The notes under the pieces were generated by a model that was not told the origin of the DNA, searched no databases, and saw only the letters and a list, made by a program, of their open reading frames with translations. From contig CAYVUM010000002.1 of assembly GCA_964454795.1 (NCBI GenBank), positions 2,030 through 66,029 on the forward strand: 64,000 nucleotides of DNA. The letters run 5' to 3'. Source of the stretch: an uncultured Rhodospirillaceae bacterium. Lineage in GTDB: Bacteria > Pseudomonadota > Alphaproteobacteria > Rhodospirillales > Defluviicoccaceae. The translations under genes and the position numbers were made by a program. This document shows positions 15,227-27,042 of this stretch, one piece after another. How positions within the stretch are numbered: the first letter of the stretch is position 1; each line of letters begins with the position of its first letter.

Positions 15227-18007
15227 GTGAACAGCGCCGCCGGTCCGACGGCTGCAGCCCCGCCGCCCCGCCACGTCTTTCTCGTCGACGGCTCGGGGTT
15301 CATTTTCCGGGCGTTCCACGCCATTCCCCTGCTGACCCGGCCGGACGGCACCCCGGTCAATGCCGTGTTCGGCTTCGTAAACATGATGGTCAAGCTGTTC
15401 GAGGAGACTGACGCCGACCATCTGGCGGTGATTTTCGACAGCGACCGGGTCTCGTTCCGCAACGCCATCTACCCGGACTACAAGGCACACCGGCCCGAGC
15501 CGCCGGAGGCGCTGATCCCACAGTTTGCGCTGCTCCGCGAGGCCACCGCGGCCCTCGATATTGCCTGCGTCGAGCTTGAGGGATTCGAGGCCGACGACCT
15601 GATCGCCACCTATACCCGGCTGGCCCGCGAGGCAGGGGCCGAGGTGACGATCGTCTCCTCGGATAAGGATCTGATGCAGCTGGTCGGCGATGGCGTCGCT
15701 CTCTACGACGCGATGAAGGACCGGCGGATCGGCCCGGCCGAAGTCGCCGAGAAATTCGGGGTGCCGCCGGCGCAGGTCATCGACGTCCAGGCCCTCGCCG
15801 GCGATTCCGTCGACAACGTTCCGGGGGTTCCCGGAATCGGCGTCAAAACCGCCGCCCAGTTGATCGAGAGCTATGGCGATCTGGACACTCTGCTCGCCCG
15901 CGCGGCCGAGATCCCTCAGCCGAAACGCCGCCAGAACCTGCTCGACCACGCGGAGGATGCCCGGATCTCCCGGGACCTGGTACGGCTGCGCACCGACGTT
16001 CCGGTGCCCGAACCTCTCTCGGCACTGGCCAAACGGGTGCCTGATCTCGGCGCATTCCGGCGGTTCTGCGAAGCCCAGGGCTTCCGGTCGGTGGTCGCCC
16101 GCATCGATGCCAGATTGGCTGACGGTCGCGGCCCATCGGAGGTGGAGGCGCCGCCGGAAGTTCCTCGCAACTACGTCCTGGTTCAGGACGAGTTCACCCT
16201 CGAGGACTGGATCGCCGCTGCCCGGCAGCAGGGACTGGTCGCCGTCGACACCGAGACCACCTCGCTCGATCCGTTCCGGGCCCGCCTGGTCGGCGTCTCT
16301 CTGGCGCTTGCGGCCGGCCAAGCCTGCTATATCCCACTGGGGCATACGGCGCCCGGGCGGGCCCATGAAGGACTCGCTCTCGAGGCCGGGCCGCCGCCGC
16401 CGGACCAGATTTCCCTTGACCGGGCACTTGAGCTGCTCGGTCCGCTGCTCGCCGACGACTCGGTTCTCAAGGTCGGCCAGAACATCAAGTACGACCTGGA
16501 AGTGCTGGGCCGCTACGGGCTGACGATCGCGCCGATCGACGATACGATGGTGCTGTCCTACGTCATCGACGGCGGCCTGCACGGCCATGGCATGGACGAG
16601 CTGTCCCGACTCCACCTCGGCGTTGACACGATCAAGTACGCCGACGTCACCGGGACCGGCAGGGATCAGGTGACCTTCGACCGGGTGTCGCTGGACCGGG
16701 CCTGCGCCTATGCCGCTGAGGACGCCGACATCACCTTTCAGCTCCACGCTGTCCTCAAGCCGCGCCTGGTGGCGAGCCGGGTGATCAGTGTCTACGAGAA
16801 TTTCGAGCGTCCGCTCATTCCGGTGCTCGCGGCCATGGAGACGGCCGGCATCCGGGTCGATGCCGACGCCCTCCGCGGGCTCGGCACCGAATTCGGGGCC
16901 CGACTGGCCGCGCTGGAGGCGGAGATCCACGCGCTGGCCGGACGGCCCTTCAACGTCGGCTCGCCCAAGCAGCTCGGCGAGGTGCTGTTCCTCGACATGG
17001 GACTGGCCGGCGGCAAGAAGGGCAAGACCGGTGCCTATGCGACCGGCGCCGAGGTTCTCGAGACCCTCGCCGCCGAGGGACACGAGCTGCCCACCCGGGT
17101 GCTCGCCTGGCGACAGCTGGCCAAGCTGAAAAGCACCTATGCCGATGCCCTGGTCGGCGAAATCAACCCGGAGACCGGGCGCATCCACACCTCCTACGCT
17201 CAGACCGTCGCCGGCACCGGCCGGTTGTCCTCCACCGACCCCAATCTCCAGAATATTCCGGTGCGCACCGACGAGGGGCGGAAGATCCGCCGGACGTTCG
17301 TCGCCGAGCCCGGCTGGCTGCTGCTCAGCGCCGACTATTCGCAGATCGAGTTGCGCCTGCTCGCTTCCGTCGCCGGCATCGTGGCACTCAAGCAGGCGTT
17401 TCGCGACGGCCATGACATCCATGCGATGACCGCCTCGCAGGTGTTCGGGGTCGCCATCGAAGGCATGGACCCGATGATCCGCCGCCAGGCCAAGGCGATC
17501 AATTTTGGAATCATCTATGGCATTTCGCCGTTCGGCCTGTCGCGGCAGCTGGGGATCTCCCGGGGCGAGGCGGCGGCCTATATCGACGCCTACTTCGAGC
17601 GCTATCCCGGTATCCGCGACTACATGGAGCGGACCAAGGCGGCAGCACGCGAGCGCGGGTTCGTCACCACGCTGTTCGGGCGGCGCTGCCACGTGCGCGG
17701 CATCAACGACAAGAACCCCTCCGCACGCAGCAACGCCGAGCGGGCGGCGATCAATGCGCCGATCCAGGGCGGCGCGGCCGACATCATCAAGCGCGCGATG
17801 ATCCGGATACCGCCCGCCCTGGCGGCGGCCGGACTGTCAGCGCGGATGCTGCTGCAGGTCCACGACGAGCTCGTATTCGAGGTGCCGGAGAACGAGGTGG
17901 AGGACACTAAGGAATTGGTAATCCGGGTCATGGAACATGCCGCCGACCTGGATGTTCCTCTCGTGGTCGACACCGGCGTCGGCCGGAACTGGGACGAAGC
18001 CCACTAA
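15227..18007 (+). CDS. polA: DNA polymerase I
   Basis: 926 aa with a 5'-nuclease N-terminus (FLVDGSGFIFRAFHA), a 3'-5' exo domain (VAVDTETTSLD) and pol motifs (LLSADYSQIELRLLA, QVHDELVFE). Confidence 0.97.
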   Translation: MNSAAGPTAAAPPPRHVFLVDGSGFIFRAFHAIPLLTRPDGTPVNAVFGFVNMMVKLFEETDADHLAVIFDSDRVSFRNAIYPDYKAHRPEPPEALIPQFALLREATAALDIACVELEGFEADDLIATYTRLAREAGAEVTIVSSDKDLMQLVGDGVALYDAMKDRRIGPAEVAEKFGVPPAQVIDVQALAGDSVDNVPGVPGIGVKTAAQLIESYGDLDTLLARAAEIPQPKRRQNLLDHAEDARISRDLVRLRTDVPVPEPLSALAKRVPDLGAFRRFCEAQGFRSVVARIDARLADGRGPSEVEAPPEVPRNYVLVQDEFTLEDWIAAARQQGLVAVDTETTSLDPFRARLVGVSLALAAGQACYIPLGHTAPGRAHEGLALEAGPPPPDQISLDRALELLGPLLADDSVLKVGQNIKYDLEVLGRYGLTIAPIDDTMVLSYVIDGGLHGHGMDELSRLHLGVDTIKYADVTGTGRDQVTFDRVSLDRACAYAAEDADITFQLHAVLKPRLVASRVISVYENFERPLIPVLAAMETAGIRVDADALRGLGTEFGARLAALEAEIHALAGRPFNVGSPKQLGEVLFLDMGLAGGKKGKTGAYATGAEVLETLAAEGHELPTRVLAWRQLAKLKSTYADALVGEINPETGRIHTSYAQTVAGTGRLSSTDPNLQNIPVRTDEGRKIRRTFVAEPGWLLLSADYSQIELRLLASVAGIVALKQAFRDGHDIHAMTASQVFGVAIEGMDPMIRRQAKAINFGIIYGISPFGLSRQLGISRGEAAAYIDAYFERYPGIRDYMERTKAAARERGFVTTLFGRRCHVRGINDKNPSARSNAERAAINAPIQGGAADIIKRAMIRIPPALAAAGLSARMLLQVHDELVFEVPENEVEDTKELVIRVMEHAADLDVPLVVDTGVGRNWDEAH

Positions 18008-18060
18008 GGGCCTCGATGCCACAGGGGCGTTGAGGGGATCGTGCCGTCGGAGGCCTGCTG

Positions 18061-18450
18061 ATGCCGATGGAATTGCGCAAGATCGTCTTCTCCAAGGACG
18101 AAATCCTGACCGCTGTCTACGACCACTGTCTGCGCAACCACAAGGCCATGCCGGCGGCGGCCGTGACCGACGTGGAGGTCAGCAGGACGCACGAAGTCAC
18201 GGTCGTCCTGCACTTCGACGTCTCCGATCCGCAGGACGAGCGCAGCCTTGAGATCGGCAGCGCCGACGTGGCGGCGGCGATGATCCGCTACTGCAGCCGG
18301 ATCGGCGTGCCTCTGCCCCGCTCCGCCCGCAAGGCTTTGCAGCCGGAAGGCTCAGGGCTGGCAATGTTGATCAACCTCAACTACCGGCCGGCCCCGGCAG
18401 CCCAGGATCAGGCCACCGCCGAACGCCCGGACGAGTCGGAAGCAGCCTGA
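18061..18450 (+). CDS. hypothetical protein (129 aa)
   Basis: Protein-like composition (MELRKIVFSKDEILTAVYDHCLRNHK...VVLHFDVSDPQDERSLEIGSADVAAAMIRYC). I recognise no family. Confidence 0.55.
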   Translation: MPMELRKIVFSKDEILTAVYDHCLRNHKAMPAAAVTDVEVSRTHEVTVVLHFDVSDPQDERSLEIGSADVAAAMIRYCSRIGVPLPRSARKALQPEGSGLAMLINLNYRPAPAAQDQATAERPDESEAA

Positions 18451-18504
18451 CAAGGCCGGAGAAGGCCCCCCTGCCTGCAGGCCCAGCCGCGCTCGCCCGC
18501 CCCT

Positions 18505-21500
18505 TCATGGATGAGCCTCCGGAGCCTGCTCCGCAGGCTGCCGCGCCGGCGCGCTGCGGCGCTCGCCCTTGATCCTCTCACGCAGCCACTGGAAGACGAC
18601 ATAAAGTACCGGGATCAGGAAGATCCCGAACAGCGAGGCGAACAGCATGCCGCCGAACACGGCGGTGCCGACCCCGCGCTGGCTGGCAGCACCGGCGCCC
18701 ACGGCGGTGATCAGCGGCACCAGCCCGAGGATGAACGCGAAACTGGTCATCATCACCGCGCGGAACCGCATCCGGGCGCCGAGGGCCGCCGCGTCCTCAA
18801 TGCCCATCCCCTCCTCCCGCCGCTCCTTGGCAAACTCGACGATGAGGATGGCATTCTTGGCCGCGAGCGCGATCAGCACCACCAGGCCGATCTGGGCGTA
18901 GAGGTTGTTGTCGAGACCGGCGACCCACAGCGCCACCATCGCCCCCAGCACGCCGACGGAAATCGACAGCATCACCGGCACCGGGATCGTAAAGCTCTCG
19001 TACTGGGCAACGAGGAACAGGAACGCGAACAGCACGGCGAGGCCGAGGATGATCCCCACCTGGCCGGCCGCCTGCTTTTCCTGAAGGGCGGTCGAGGTCC
19101 ACTCGTAGGCGAATCCGGGCGGCAGCACCCGCGCCGAGACCGCTTCCATCACCTCAAGCGCCCGGCCGGTGCTGACCCCCGGAGCGGGACTGCCGTTGAT
19201 CGTGACGCTGCGATAGTTGTTGTAGCGGATCAGGGTCTGCGGGGCGAGGAACAGCCGGGTCTCGGCAATCGCCTGCAGCGGCACCATTTGGCCGTCGCGG
19301 TTGCGGACGTAGATGCGGTTGATGTCGTCGACAGAGTTCCGGTCGGCCGCCTCGCCCTGGATGATCACCTGCCAGACGCGGCCGAACTTGTTGAAGTCGT
19401 TAACGTAGAACCCGCCGAGGGTGGCCTGCAGGGCCTGGAACACATCGCTGATCGCCACCCCCAGTGTCTGCGCCTTTTCCCGGTCGAGATCGAGGAACAA
19501 CTGCGGGGTGTTGGCAGCGAACGTGCTGAACACGCCCTGAAGCTCCGGCTGCTGGTTGGCCTCGAAGACCAGGGCACGCATCACTTCGGCGAGCTCTTCG
19601 GGACTGGCGCCGGTCAGTGATTCAAGCTGGTATTCGAAACCGCCGGTGGTGCCGAGACCGACGATCGGCGGCAGATTGAATGGAAACACGTTGGCCTGGG
19701 GAATCGCGTAAAGCTGGCCGGCCAGCCGGTCAATAATCTGCTCCACATGAAGACCCGGCGTCTCTGTCCGTTCCGAGAACGGCTTGAGGGTGACCACGAA
19801 GAAAGCCGCGTTGGATTGGTTGACGCCGTCAAGGATGTTGTAGCCGATCACCGAGAGGAAACTCTCCACACCGTCCGCTTCGTCGAGCAGCTGTTCGATG
19901 TCCTCCACGACCGCCTTCGTGCGGTTGACCGATGAGCCCTCGGGCAACTGCGCGGCCACAAAGAACGCCCCCTGGTCCTCGGACGGCAGGAATCCGGTCG
20001 GGGTCTTCTCGAACAGCCAGCCGGCAGCCAGGATCACCGCGAGCAGCGCGACCACGCCGAGCAGGGCCATCCGCACGAGCCGCGTCACCACCCAGGCGTA
20101 ACCGTCGCGGGCCTTGTCGATGCCGCGCAGCACCGGCCGGACCAGGGCCGGCGGCCGCGTCCCGCGCTTCATCACGATTGCCGCCAGCGCCGGGCTGAGG
20201 CTCAAGGCGTTGATCGAGGAGATCACCACGGCCACCGAGATCGCCACTGCGAACTGCTGGAACATCTGCCCGGTGATCCCGGGGATGAAGCCGACCGGCA
20301 CGAACACCGCGAGCAGCACCAGGGTGGTGGCGATGATCGGGCCGGTGATCTGGCCCATCGCCGTGCGCACCGCCTCGCGCGCCTCCAGCCCCTCCTCGTC
20401 CATCAGCCGCTCGGTGTTCTCGACGACGATGATTGCGTCGTCGACGACGATGCCGATCGCCAGAACCAGCGCAAACAGCGACACCGTATTGGCGGTGAAG
20501 CCAAGCAGCAGCATCACAGCCACGGTGCCAACCAGGGAAACCGGCACCGCGATGAGCGGGATCAGGGTGACCCGAAGCTGGCCGAGAAACAGGAAGATCA
20601 CCAGGATCACCAGGGCGAACGCTTCGATCAGGGTTTGGACGACCGAATTGATCGTTTCCTTGACGAAGACCGTGGTGTCGTAGGTGATGTTGTAGTCGAT
20701 GTCGTCCGGAAAGCGAGTTTTCAGCTCCTCCATCCGCGCGACCACGGCGTCGGCGGTGGCGATGGCGTTGCTGCCGGGTGCCTGGTAGATGCCGAGCGCG
20801 GCCGTGGGATCGCCGTTCAACCGGGCGACCGAGTCTGACGTGCGCGCGCCCAGTTCCACACGGCCGACGTCCCTGATGCGCAGGACGGATCCGTCCGGGT
20901 TGGCGCGAAGGATGATGTTCTCGAACTCCGCCACATCGGTCAGCCGGCCTTTGGTCTGCAGCGAGAGCTGAAACTGCTGATCATCGCCGATCGGCTGAGC
21001 GCCGATCCGCCCGACCGCCGCCTGAATGTTCTGCCCCCGGATCGCGGCGATGATGTCGTTGGCGGAGAGTTCCAGCGCCGCAAGGCGGTCCGAGGACAGC
21101 CACACCCGCATACTGTAGTCGAGCGGGCCGAAGAGTGTCGCATCGCCGACCCCGCCGATCCGCGCCAGCTCGTCGCGGATGTTGATGGTGGCGTAGTTGC
21201 TGAGGAAAAGATTGTCGTAGGTGCCGTTCGGCGAATAGATGTTAACAACCTGCAGCAGCGCCGATGACTGCTTGCGGGTAATCACCCCCTGGCGCTTGAC
21301 ATCTTCGGGTAGTTGGGCTGTGGCCTGTGCGACCCGGTTCTGGACGTTGACGGCATTGATGTCGGGATCGGAGCCGACCTCGAAGGTCACGGTGAGGGAA
21401 TAGCTGCCGTCGTTGCCACTCACCGATTTCATATAGATCATGTTGTCCACCCCAGTGACCTTGGACTCGATCACTTGGGCGATGCTCTCTTCAACCACAC

Positions 21501-21666
21501 CGGCACTGGCACCGGGATAAGAGGTAGTGACCCGCACCTGCGGCGGGACGATGTCGGGAAACTGGGCGGTCGGAATGACCAGGATCCCGATGACGCCGGC
21601 AATGGTGATAACGAGAGAGATGACGATCGCCAGCCGCGGGCGGTCGATGAAGACCCCGGAGATCAC
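18505..21666 (-). CDS. RND (HAE1, AcrB/MexB-like) efflux permease
   Basis: 1053 aa starting [25 protein letters not shown], with 12-TM topology, two large periplasmic loops and [15 protein letters not shown]. Confidence 0.95.
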   Translation of the reverse strand: MISGVFIDRPRLAIVISLVITIAGVIGILVIPTAQFPDIVPPQVRVTTSYPGASAGVVEESIAQVIESKVTGVDNMIYMKSVSGNDGSYSLTVTFEVGSDPDINAVNVQNRVAQATAQLPEDVKRQGVITRKQSSALLQVVNIYSPNGTYDNLFLSNYATINIRDELARIGGVGDATLFGPLDYSMRVWLSSDRLAALELSANDIIAAIRGQNIQAAVGRIGAQPIGDDQQFQLSLQTKGRLTDVAEFENIILRANPDGSVLRIRDVGRVELGARTSDSVARLNGDPTAALGIYQAPGSNAIATADAVVARMEELKTRFPDDIDYNITYDTTVFVKETINSVVQTLIEAFALVILVIFLFLGQLRVTLIPLIAVPVSLVGTVAVMLLLGFTANTVSLFALVLAIGIVVDDAIIVVENTERLMDEEGLEAREAVRTAMGQITGPIIATTLVLLAVFVPVGFIPGITGQMFQQFAVAISVAVVISSINALSLSPALAAIVMKRGTRPPALVRPVLRGIDKARDGYAWVVTRLVRMALLGVVALLAVILAAGWLFEKTPTGFLPSEDQGAFFVAAQLPEGSSVNRTKAVVEDIEQLLDEADGVESFLSVIGYNILDGVNQSNAAFFVVTLKPFSERTETPGLHVEQIIDRLAGQLYAIPQANVFPFNLPPIVGLGTTGGFEYQLESLTGASPEELAEVMRALVFEANQQPELQGVFSTFAANTPQLFLDLDREKAQTLGVAISDVFQALQATLGGFYVNDFNKFGRVWQVIIQGEAADRNSVDDINRIYVRNRDGQMVPLQAIAETRLFLAPQTLIRYNNYRSVTINGSPAPGVSTGRALEVMEAVSARVLPPGFAYEWTSTALQEKQAAGQVGIILGLAVLFAFLFLVAQYESFTIPVPVMLSISVGVLGAMVALWVAGLDNNLYAQIGLVVLIALAAKNAILIVEFAKERREEGMGIEDAAALGARMRFRAVMMTSFAFILGLVPLITAVGAGAASQRGVGTAVFGGMLFASLFGIFLIPVLYVVFQWLRERIKGERRSAPARQPAEQAPEAHP

Positions 21667-22979
21667 TCTGCGCCACCCTCGGCGCCACCCGCCTCCGGCG
21701 CCGCCTGTTGGTCGTCGGCGACAGTGGCGGCGTCCGTCTCGGGAGCGGCGTCCGTCTCGGGAGCGGCGTCCGGGCCCGGCTGGACCTCCTGACCGGGGCG
21801 AACCTTCTGGAGGCCCTGGACGATCACCGACTCGCCTTCATTCAGGCCCTGCTTGATTTCCGTCTCGCCCGTCCGCTCGACGCCGGTGGTGACCCGCCTG
21901 ACCTGCACGGTGTTGTTCTCGTCCACGACCAGAACGAAGCGGCCGCTCTGGTCGGTCTGAAGGGCGCTCTGCGGCACGAACAGGGCCATCGACGGCTCTT
22001 CGCGCTCAATGAAGACCGGACTGACCTGGCCGTCGATCAGCAACCCATCGGGATTCGGAAAGACAGCGCGGACCAGGAGCGTGTCGGTGGTGCGATTAAT
22101 CGAAATGTCGGCAAAGTCGATCTTGCCCGGGTGTTCGTAGGTGGTGCCATCGGCGAGCCGGAGACGAACCACGAAACCGGCTTGATTTTCTCTCTGTTCC
22201 GCAGTCTGTTCTGCGGTGAGCTTCTGATAACTCAGAATTTGCAGACGGCTGATCGGGAAGGTCACGTAGATCGGGTCCTCACTGACGATCGTCGCCAGCA
22301 CTCCGCTGTCCGGTCCGACAAGGTTGCCCACCGAATACTGCTCCGCGCCGATCGTGCCGTCGATCGGCGCGGTAATGTCAGTGTAATCGAGGTTGATCTC
22401 CGCTATCTGAACGTCGGCGGCCGCGGCCATGATCTGGGCTTCGGCCATTTCCTCAGCGGCGATGGCTTCATCGAGCTGCTGACGGCTGACCGCCCCCGAT
22501 TTCACCGCCTGCTCATTCCGGGCGCGGAAGGCCTTGGCTTCGGCGAAGCGGGCTTTGGCCTGTGCGAGAGCCGCCTCGGCGGCATTGACCGCCGCTTCGA
22601 ACGGGGCTTTCTCGATCACAAACAGGAGTTCACCGTCGCGCACCGGCGTGCCTTCGGTGAACAGCCGCTTTTCGAGAAATCCGGTGACGCGGGCGCGCAG
22701 CTCCACCCGGTCAACGGCCTCGACCCGGCCGATGAACTGAGTGGATGCGGTCAGCTCCTTTTCGACAACCGGAGTGACCATGACCGAGGGCGGCGGCGGC
22801 GCCGGCGCCTGATCGTCGCCAGGCTGCTGATCGCAGGCGGACGCGACAAGCCCGACCACAACCAGAATGGCGAGCGGACGCACACCAGCGCGGAGCCACG
22901 GAAATCTGTCCAAGGGATGGGTCCTGCGGTGAAGTTGCGGCAGCGACCTGCGCCAGCGGGGAACCGGATCGCCGGTCAC
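21663..22979 (-). CDS. RND efflux periplasmic adaptor (MFP, AcrA-like) lipoprotein
   Basis: LVASAC is a lipobox. The coiled-coil hairpin, [14 protein letters not shown] (lipoyl motif) and beta-barrel segments are present. A 4-nt overlap links it to the RND gene. The start is uncertain. Confidence 0.9.
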   Translation of the reverse strand: MTGDPVPRWRRSLPQLHRRTHPLDRFPWLRAGVRPLAILVVVGLVASACDQQPGDDQAPAPPPPSVMVTPVVEKELTASTQFIGRVEAVDRVELRARVTGFLEKRLFTEGTPVRDGELLFVIEKAPFEAAVNAAEAALAQAKARFAEAKAFRARNEQAVKSGAVSRQQLDEAIAAEEMAEAQIMAAAADVQIAEINLDYTDITAPIDGTIGAEQYSVGNLVGPDSGVLATIVSEDPIYVTFPISRLQILSYQKLTAEQTAEQRENQAGFVVRLRLADGTTYEHPGKIDFADISINRTTDTLLVRAVFPNPDGLLIDGQVSPVFIEREEPSMALFVPQSALQTDQSGRFVLVVDENNTVQVRRVTTGVERTGETEIKQGLNEGESVIVQGLQKVRPGQEVQPGPDAAPETDAAPETDAATVADDQQAAPEAGGAEGGAE

Positions 22980-23032
22980 CCCCGGTTATGCCACCTGTAA
23001 GCGTTGCAGAAAAGGCAAATACGCGCGCCGGG

Positions 23033-23716
23033 TCAGGAGGCCGCCGGGCTGCGGGCCCGGACGCGGTGGCGGAACCGCCCCACCACCCGCCAGCCGAGCA
23101 GGATGCTGAGAATGCCGGCGTAGATGGCCGGCTCGCGCAGGTCGGCCTTGACCATCATCAAGAAGTGAATCACGGAGAGGATCGCCGCCGGATAGACCAG
23201 ACGGTGCAGGGCCTGCCAGCGGCCGGCGCCGAGCCGCTTGATCCATCCCTTGGTCGAGGTCACCGCCAGGGGCAAAAGCAAAAGGAACGACAGCATCCCC
23301 ACGGTGATGTAGGTGCGTTTCAGAACGTCGGACCAGATGTGCGACCAAGCAAAGAACTGATCGAGGCCCATGTAGCTGAGCAGATGCAGCGAGACGTAGA
23401 AGAACGCAAACAGTCCGAGCATCCGCCGGAACTGCAACAGCGTTTTGAGGCCGGTAAGCGCCGCGGCCGGGGTGACCGCCAGAGCGATCAGCAGAAGCCG
23501 CAGCGCCCAGTCGCCGAGCGCCCGGGTCACCGCCTCGATGGGATTGGCTCCCAGCGCCCCGGCGCTGGCCTGCCAGGCCAGCCACGCCAGCGGCAGCAGG
23601 CAGGCGATGAACACCGCCGGCTTGGCGAGGTAGCGAATCCAGGCCTGCTTCGCACTCCGTCGCCGGGTCCGCGCCGGCGCACCTGCAGACGGCGTGCTGG
23701 CGAACGCTAGTACCAC
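23033..23716 (-). CDS. msrQ: protein-methionine-sulfoxide reductase heme-binding subunit
   Basis: YedZ-like protein with 6 TM helices and conserved His residues (...[11 protein letters not shown]..., ...[19 protein letters not shown]...). It overlaps msrP by 10 nt. Confidence 0.88.
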   Translation of the reverse strand: MVLAFASTPSAGAPARTRRRSAKQAWIRYLAKPAVFIACLLPLAWLAWQASAGALGANPIEAVTRALGDWALRLLLIALAVTPAAALTGLKTLLQFRRMLGLFAFFYVSLHLLSYMGLDQFFAWSHIWSDVLKRTYITVGMLSFLLLLPLAVTSTKGWIKRLGAGRWQALHRLVYPAAILSVIHFLMMVKADLREPAIYAGILSILLGWRVVGRFRHRVRARSPAAS

Positions 23717-24687
23717 CGGCTTAAGTCCATTCCGGTGTAAAGCCCCGCCACCTCGTCAGCATAGCCATTGAAAGGCAGGGTATCACGGCGGAAGAACTCG
23801 CCGATCCGCCGCTCCCGCGCCTGGCTCCATCGAGGATGGTCCACCTCCGGATTGACGTTGGCGTAGAAGCCGTACTCTTGCGGTGCCGACCTGTTCCAGG
23901 CGGTGGGTGGCATCTCTTCCGTAAAGCGCATCCGGACAATCGACTTGATGCTCTTGAAACCGTACTTCCAGGGCACCGCCAGCCGCACCGGGGCGCCGTT
24001 CTGGTTGGGCAGCACCTCCCCGTAAAGGCCGACCACGAACAGGCTCAGCGGGTGGACCGCCTCGTCGAGGCGCAGCCCCTCAACATAGGGCCAGTCGAGA
24101 ATGCTGCGGCGCTGCCCGGGCATCTGCTCCGGATCATGGAGGGTTTCGAAGGCCACGAACTTCGCGCTGCCGGCGGGCTCGAACCGGTTGATGACGCTGG
24201 CCAGTGGCACGCCGACCCAGGGGATCACCATTGACCAGGCCTCGACGCAGCGCAGCCGGTAGATGCGCTCTTCCAGCGGAAAGCCGGTCAGCAGCGTCTC
24301 GATGTCGAGAACACCGGGTCTGGCACAGGCGCCGTCCACCTCGATCGTCCACGGTCGGGTCCGCAGCGTGTGGGCATAGCGGGCCGGATCCTGCTTGTCT
24401 GTACCGAACTCGTAGAAATTGTTGTAACCGGTGACCGCGTCCCGGTCCGTCAGGTCTTCGTCGGTGCTGAACGCCCGGTTGAACGTTACCCCGTCGAGGG
24501 TGTTCGCCGGCTCCTCCGCCCGTGAGGGCGACATCAGCCCGGGTCCGCCGAGCAAAACACCGGCGCCGGCGACAGCCGCGGTGCGCAGAAATTGCCGGCG
24601 GGCTTCGAACACTGACCTGGGCGTGATCTCGGACGGCCTGGGGTCCGAAGGTCTGCCGATCCGGATCAGCATGCGCACGGTCTCCAT
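23707..24687 (-). CDS. msrP: protein-methionine-sulfoxide reductase catalytic (molybdopterin) subunit
   Basis: Tat signal ([14 protein letters not shown]) and YedY motifs: [44 protein letters not shown]. Confidence 0.92.
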   Translation of the reverse strand: METVRMLIRIGRPSDPRPSEITPRSVFEARRQFLRTAAVAGAGVLLGGPGLMSPSRAEEPANTLDGVTFNRAFSTDEDLTDRDAVTGYNNFYEFGTDKQDPARYAHTLRTRPWTIEVDGACARPGVLDIETLLTGFPLEERIYRLRCVEAWSMVIPWVGVPLASVINRFEPAGSAKFVAFETLHDPEQMPGQRRSILDWPYVEGLRLDEAVHPLSLFVVGLYGEVLPNQNGAPVRLAVPWKYGFKSIKSIVRMRFTEEMPPTAWNRSAPQEYGFYANVNPEVDHPRWSQARERRIGEFFRRDTLPFNGYADEVAGLYTGMDLSRWY

Positions 24688-24919
24688 CGATAGCCAGATG
24701 ACGAATGGGCTGAGGCACCGCGATCACCGGACGCACTCAAGCGATCACCGGGCGCGCTTGACCGTTGAAATGGCGGCGATCCTCTCGCCCGTCGAATAAA
24801 AACCGTGTGAACACAGAGCGACCGGCGGATCGCCGCCGCCCTTTCTGGCCGGCCGTCGCTCCTGTAGAACTCCCGACAAACGCCCTCCGCCGCTCCCGTA
24901 ACCCAGCGGGTCCTCCACC

Positions 24920-26275
24920 ATGTCCGCCGACAAATGGCTGCTCGTCTGGTTCCTGGCCCTCATCGTGATTGGTGCGATGATCCTGCTGCTGCCGGCGATG
25001 TCCCCCGGGGGCGGCCTTGCTCCGATCGACGCCCTGTTCACCGCTGCTTCGGCCGTCTCGGTGACCGGCCTGATGGTCATCGACATGGAACAGGATCTGA
25101 CGCTTGCGGGCCGGGCCGTGGTTCTGGTCCTGATCCAGTGCGGCGGGCTTGGGATCGTCACCCTCGCCAGCGTGATGATCCTCTCGGCGCAGCGGCGACT
25201 GCCGCTGAACTATGAGGAAATGGTCGACTCGACGGTGGCGGCCGGCCGGTTCACCTCGGTCAGGGAGGTCGCCCGGGTGGTGCTGGCCATGACCCTGGCG
25301 ATTGAGGCCGTAGCGGCGTTGCTGATGTTCGCGCTCTGGCCCAGCGACGGCCCCGCCGGCTTCGCCAGCTGGCCGGACAGGCTGTGGGCAGCCGTATTCC
25401 ATTCCGTCTCGGCGTTCTGCAACGCCGGCATCACGCTGTTCTCCGAGAACCTGAGAGTGGTCCGCGAGGAGCCGGCGATCCAGTTGATCGTGAGTGTTCT
25501 TGTCATCATCGGCGGCTTCGGCTTCATCAACCTCCAGGAACTGGTTCACCGCCTGCGCAACGGTGCATTCCGGTGGTCGCGGTTTTCGCTCCTCCTCAAG
25601 GCCACGATCGTCCTCACCATCAGTCTCAATCTCGGCGGAGCCCTGGCGATCGGTCTTCTCGAAGCGGATGTTGCCTTCGCGGGCATGAATGCCGGGGAGC
25701 ATATTCTGGCGGCGCTGTTCCACGCCGTCTCGACCCGCACTGCCGGCTTCGAGACCGTGGCCATCAGCGGCTTCACAGCGGTCTCACTGATGCTGATGAT
25801 GGCGCTGATGTTCGTGGGGGCGTCCAGCGGCAGCTGTGCCGGTGGCATCAAGCTCAGCACCCTGACCGTACTGTTTGCGGTGGTCCGCAGTTACCTGCGC
25901 CACGACAGCGAGCCGGTGTTGTTCAACCGCCGGCTCACCAAGATCGACCAGCGCAAGGCCTTTGTGCTGATCGTCGCCTCGGTTCTGGTGTTCACGCTCG
26001 CCGTGCTGATCGTGTACCTCGTGGAGAATGAGCCCCAACCGCTGACCGAGTCCCGTGCCGAGCTGTTCCGGTTCGGCTTCGAGGTGATGTCGGCGATGGG
26101 CACGGTCGGGCTGTCCACCGGCATCACCGGGACATTGTCGCCGACCGGCAAGGCGATCATCATTGCGCTGATGATCGTCGGCCGGCTCGGGCCGCTTGCG
26201 GTGATCGCCGCCTGGGCGCGGCGGCCAACCCCCCGGCCCTTCACCAACCCGGAAGAATCGATGCCGATCGGATGA
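24920..26275 (+). CDS. Trk/Ktr-family K+ transporter membrane subunit (KtrB/TrkH-like)
   Basis: 451 aa with four MPM repeats carrying selectivity-filter glycines (SAVSVTGL, AFCNAGI, STRTAGF, MGTVGLSTG). Confidence 0.9.
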   Translation: MSADKWLLVWFLALIVIGAMILLLPAMSPGGGLAPIDALFTAASAVSVTGLMVIDMEQDLTLAGRAVVLVLIQCGGLGIVTLASVMILSAQRRLPLNYEEMVDSTVAAGRFTSVREVARVVLAMTLAIEAVAALLMFALWPSDGPAGFASWPDRLWAAVFHSVSAFCNAGITLFSENLRVVREEPAIQLIVSVLVIIGGFGFINLQELVHRLRNGAFRWSRFSLLLKATIVLTISLNLGGALAIGLLEADVAFAGMNAGEHILAALFHAVSTRTAGFETVAISGFTAVSLMLMMALMFVGASSGSCAGGIKLSTLTVLFAVVRSYLRHDSEPVLFNRRLTKIDQRKAFVLIVASVLVFTLAVLIVYLVENEPQPLTESRAELFRFGFEVMSAMGTVGLSTGITGTLSPTGKAIIIALMIVGRLGPLAVIAAWARRPTPRPFTNPEESMPIG

Positions 26276-26294
26276 TTCCTGAAAGAGGCGCCTG

Positions 26295-26954
26295 ATGAGC
26301 AAACGCATCGTGGTGCTGGGGGTCAGCACCTTCGCCAACTTTCTGCTGCGCTTTCTCCACGCCAGCGGCCGCGCCGAGACGATCGCCGTGGACCGCGACG
26401 AGGACCGGATCAACGCGATCACCGAGGTCGTCGACCGGCCGGTGATCGGCAACATCCGCAATCGCGAACTGCTCACCGAAATCGGCGTGGCCAGCGCCGA
26501 CATGGTCGTGGTGTCCCTTGGCGATATCGAAGGCAGCCTCGTGACCGTTCTCTATCTGCGCGATCTCGGAGTCGAACACATCGTGGCCAAGGCCCTTAAC
26601 AGCGAGCATGAGCATATCCTTCGGCTGCTGGGGGTCGAGACCATCGTGTTTCCAGAACGGGGAATGGCCGAGCAGGTGGCTTACCGCCTCGTCTTTCCGG
26701 ACGTCACGGACTCGATGAGCCTCCAGGGCGGGGAACGCATCATCGAAACCGTCGCGACCCCCGAACTCATCGGCACGGAACTGCACCGGCAGAAGATTTA
26801 TGCCGATTTCGGGGTCTTGCTGGTGCTGGTCGTCGACAGTGACGGCGCGCCGCAGGTCGGGATGGCGGAGACCCACGAAGTGGCCGGCGGTGACCGCCTG
26901 ATCTTCTATGGCACCGACGAGGCCCTGGACGCGTTCCGCAAGAGCCTCGACTGA
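26295..26954 (+). CDS. TrkA/KtrA-like RCK regulatory subunit
   Basis: 219 aa with TrkA-N and TrkA-C layout (KRIVVLG...IAVDRDED...ADMVVVSLG...; C-terminal GDRLIFYGTDEAL). It starts 19 nt after the KtrB-like stop. Confidence 0.85.
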   Translation: MSKRIVVLGVSTFANFLLRFLHASGRAETIAVDRDEDRINAITEVVDRPVIGNIRNRELLTEIGVASADMVVVSLGDIEGSLVTVLYLRDLGVEHIVAKALNSEHEHILRLLGVETIVFPERGMAEQVAYRLVFPDVTDSMSLQGGERIIETVATPELIGTELHRQKIYADFGVLLVLVVDSDGAPQVGMAETHEVAGGDRLIFYGTDEALDAFRKSLD

Positions 26955-27042
26955 CCCGCCTCACTCCGCTTCGCGTCGCCGGCCGTCCGTGGCCCTGTTT
27001 TGGGGCGTTTGCGGCACGTTTGGATCGATGTAAGGAAGGGCC

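Noticed and set aside
15167-17692. 841-aa minus-strand ORF
   Set aside because: It lies entirely antisense to polA. The translation is Arg/Gly/Pro/Asp-rich with no motifs. This is the typical shadow ORF of high-GC DNA, where stop codons are rare on the opposite strand.
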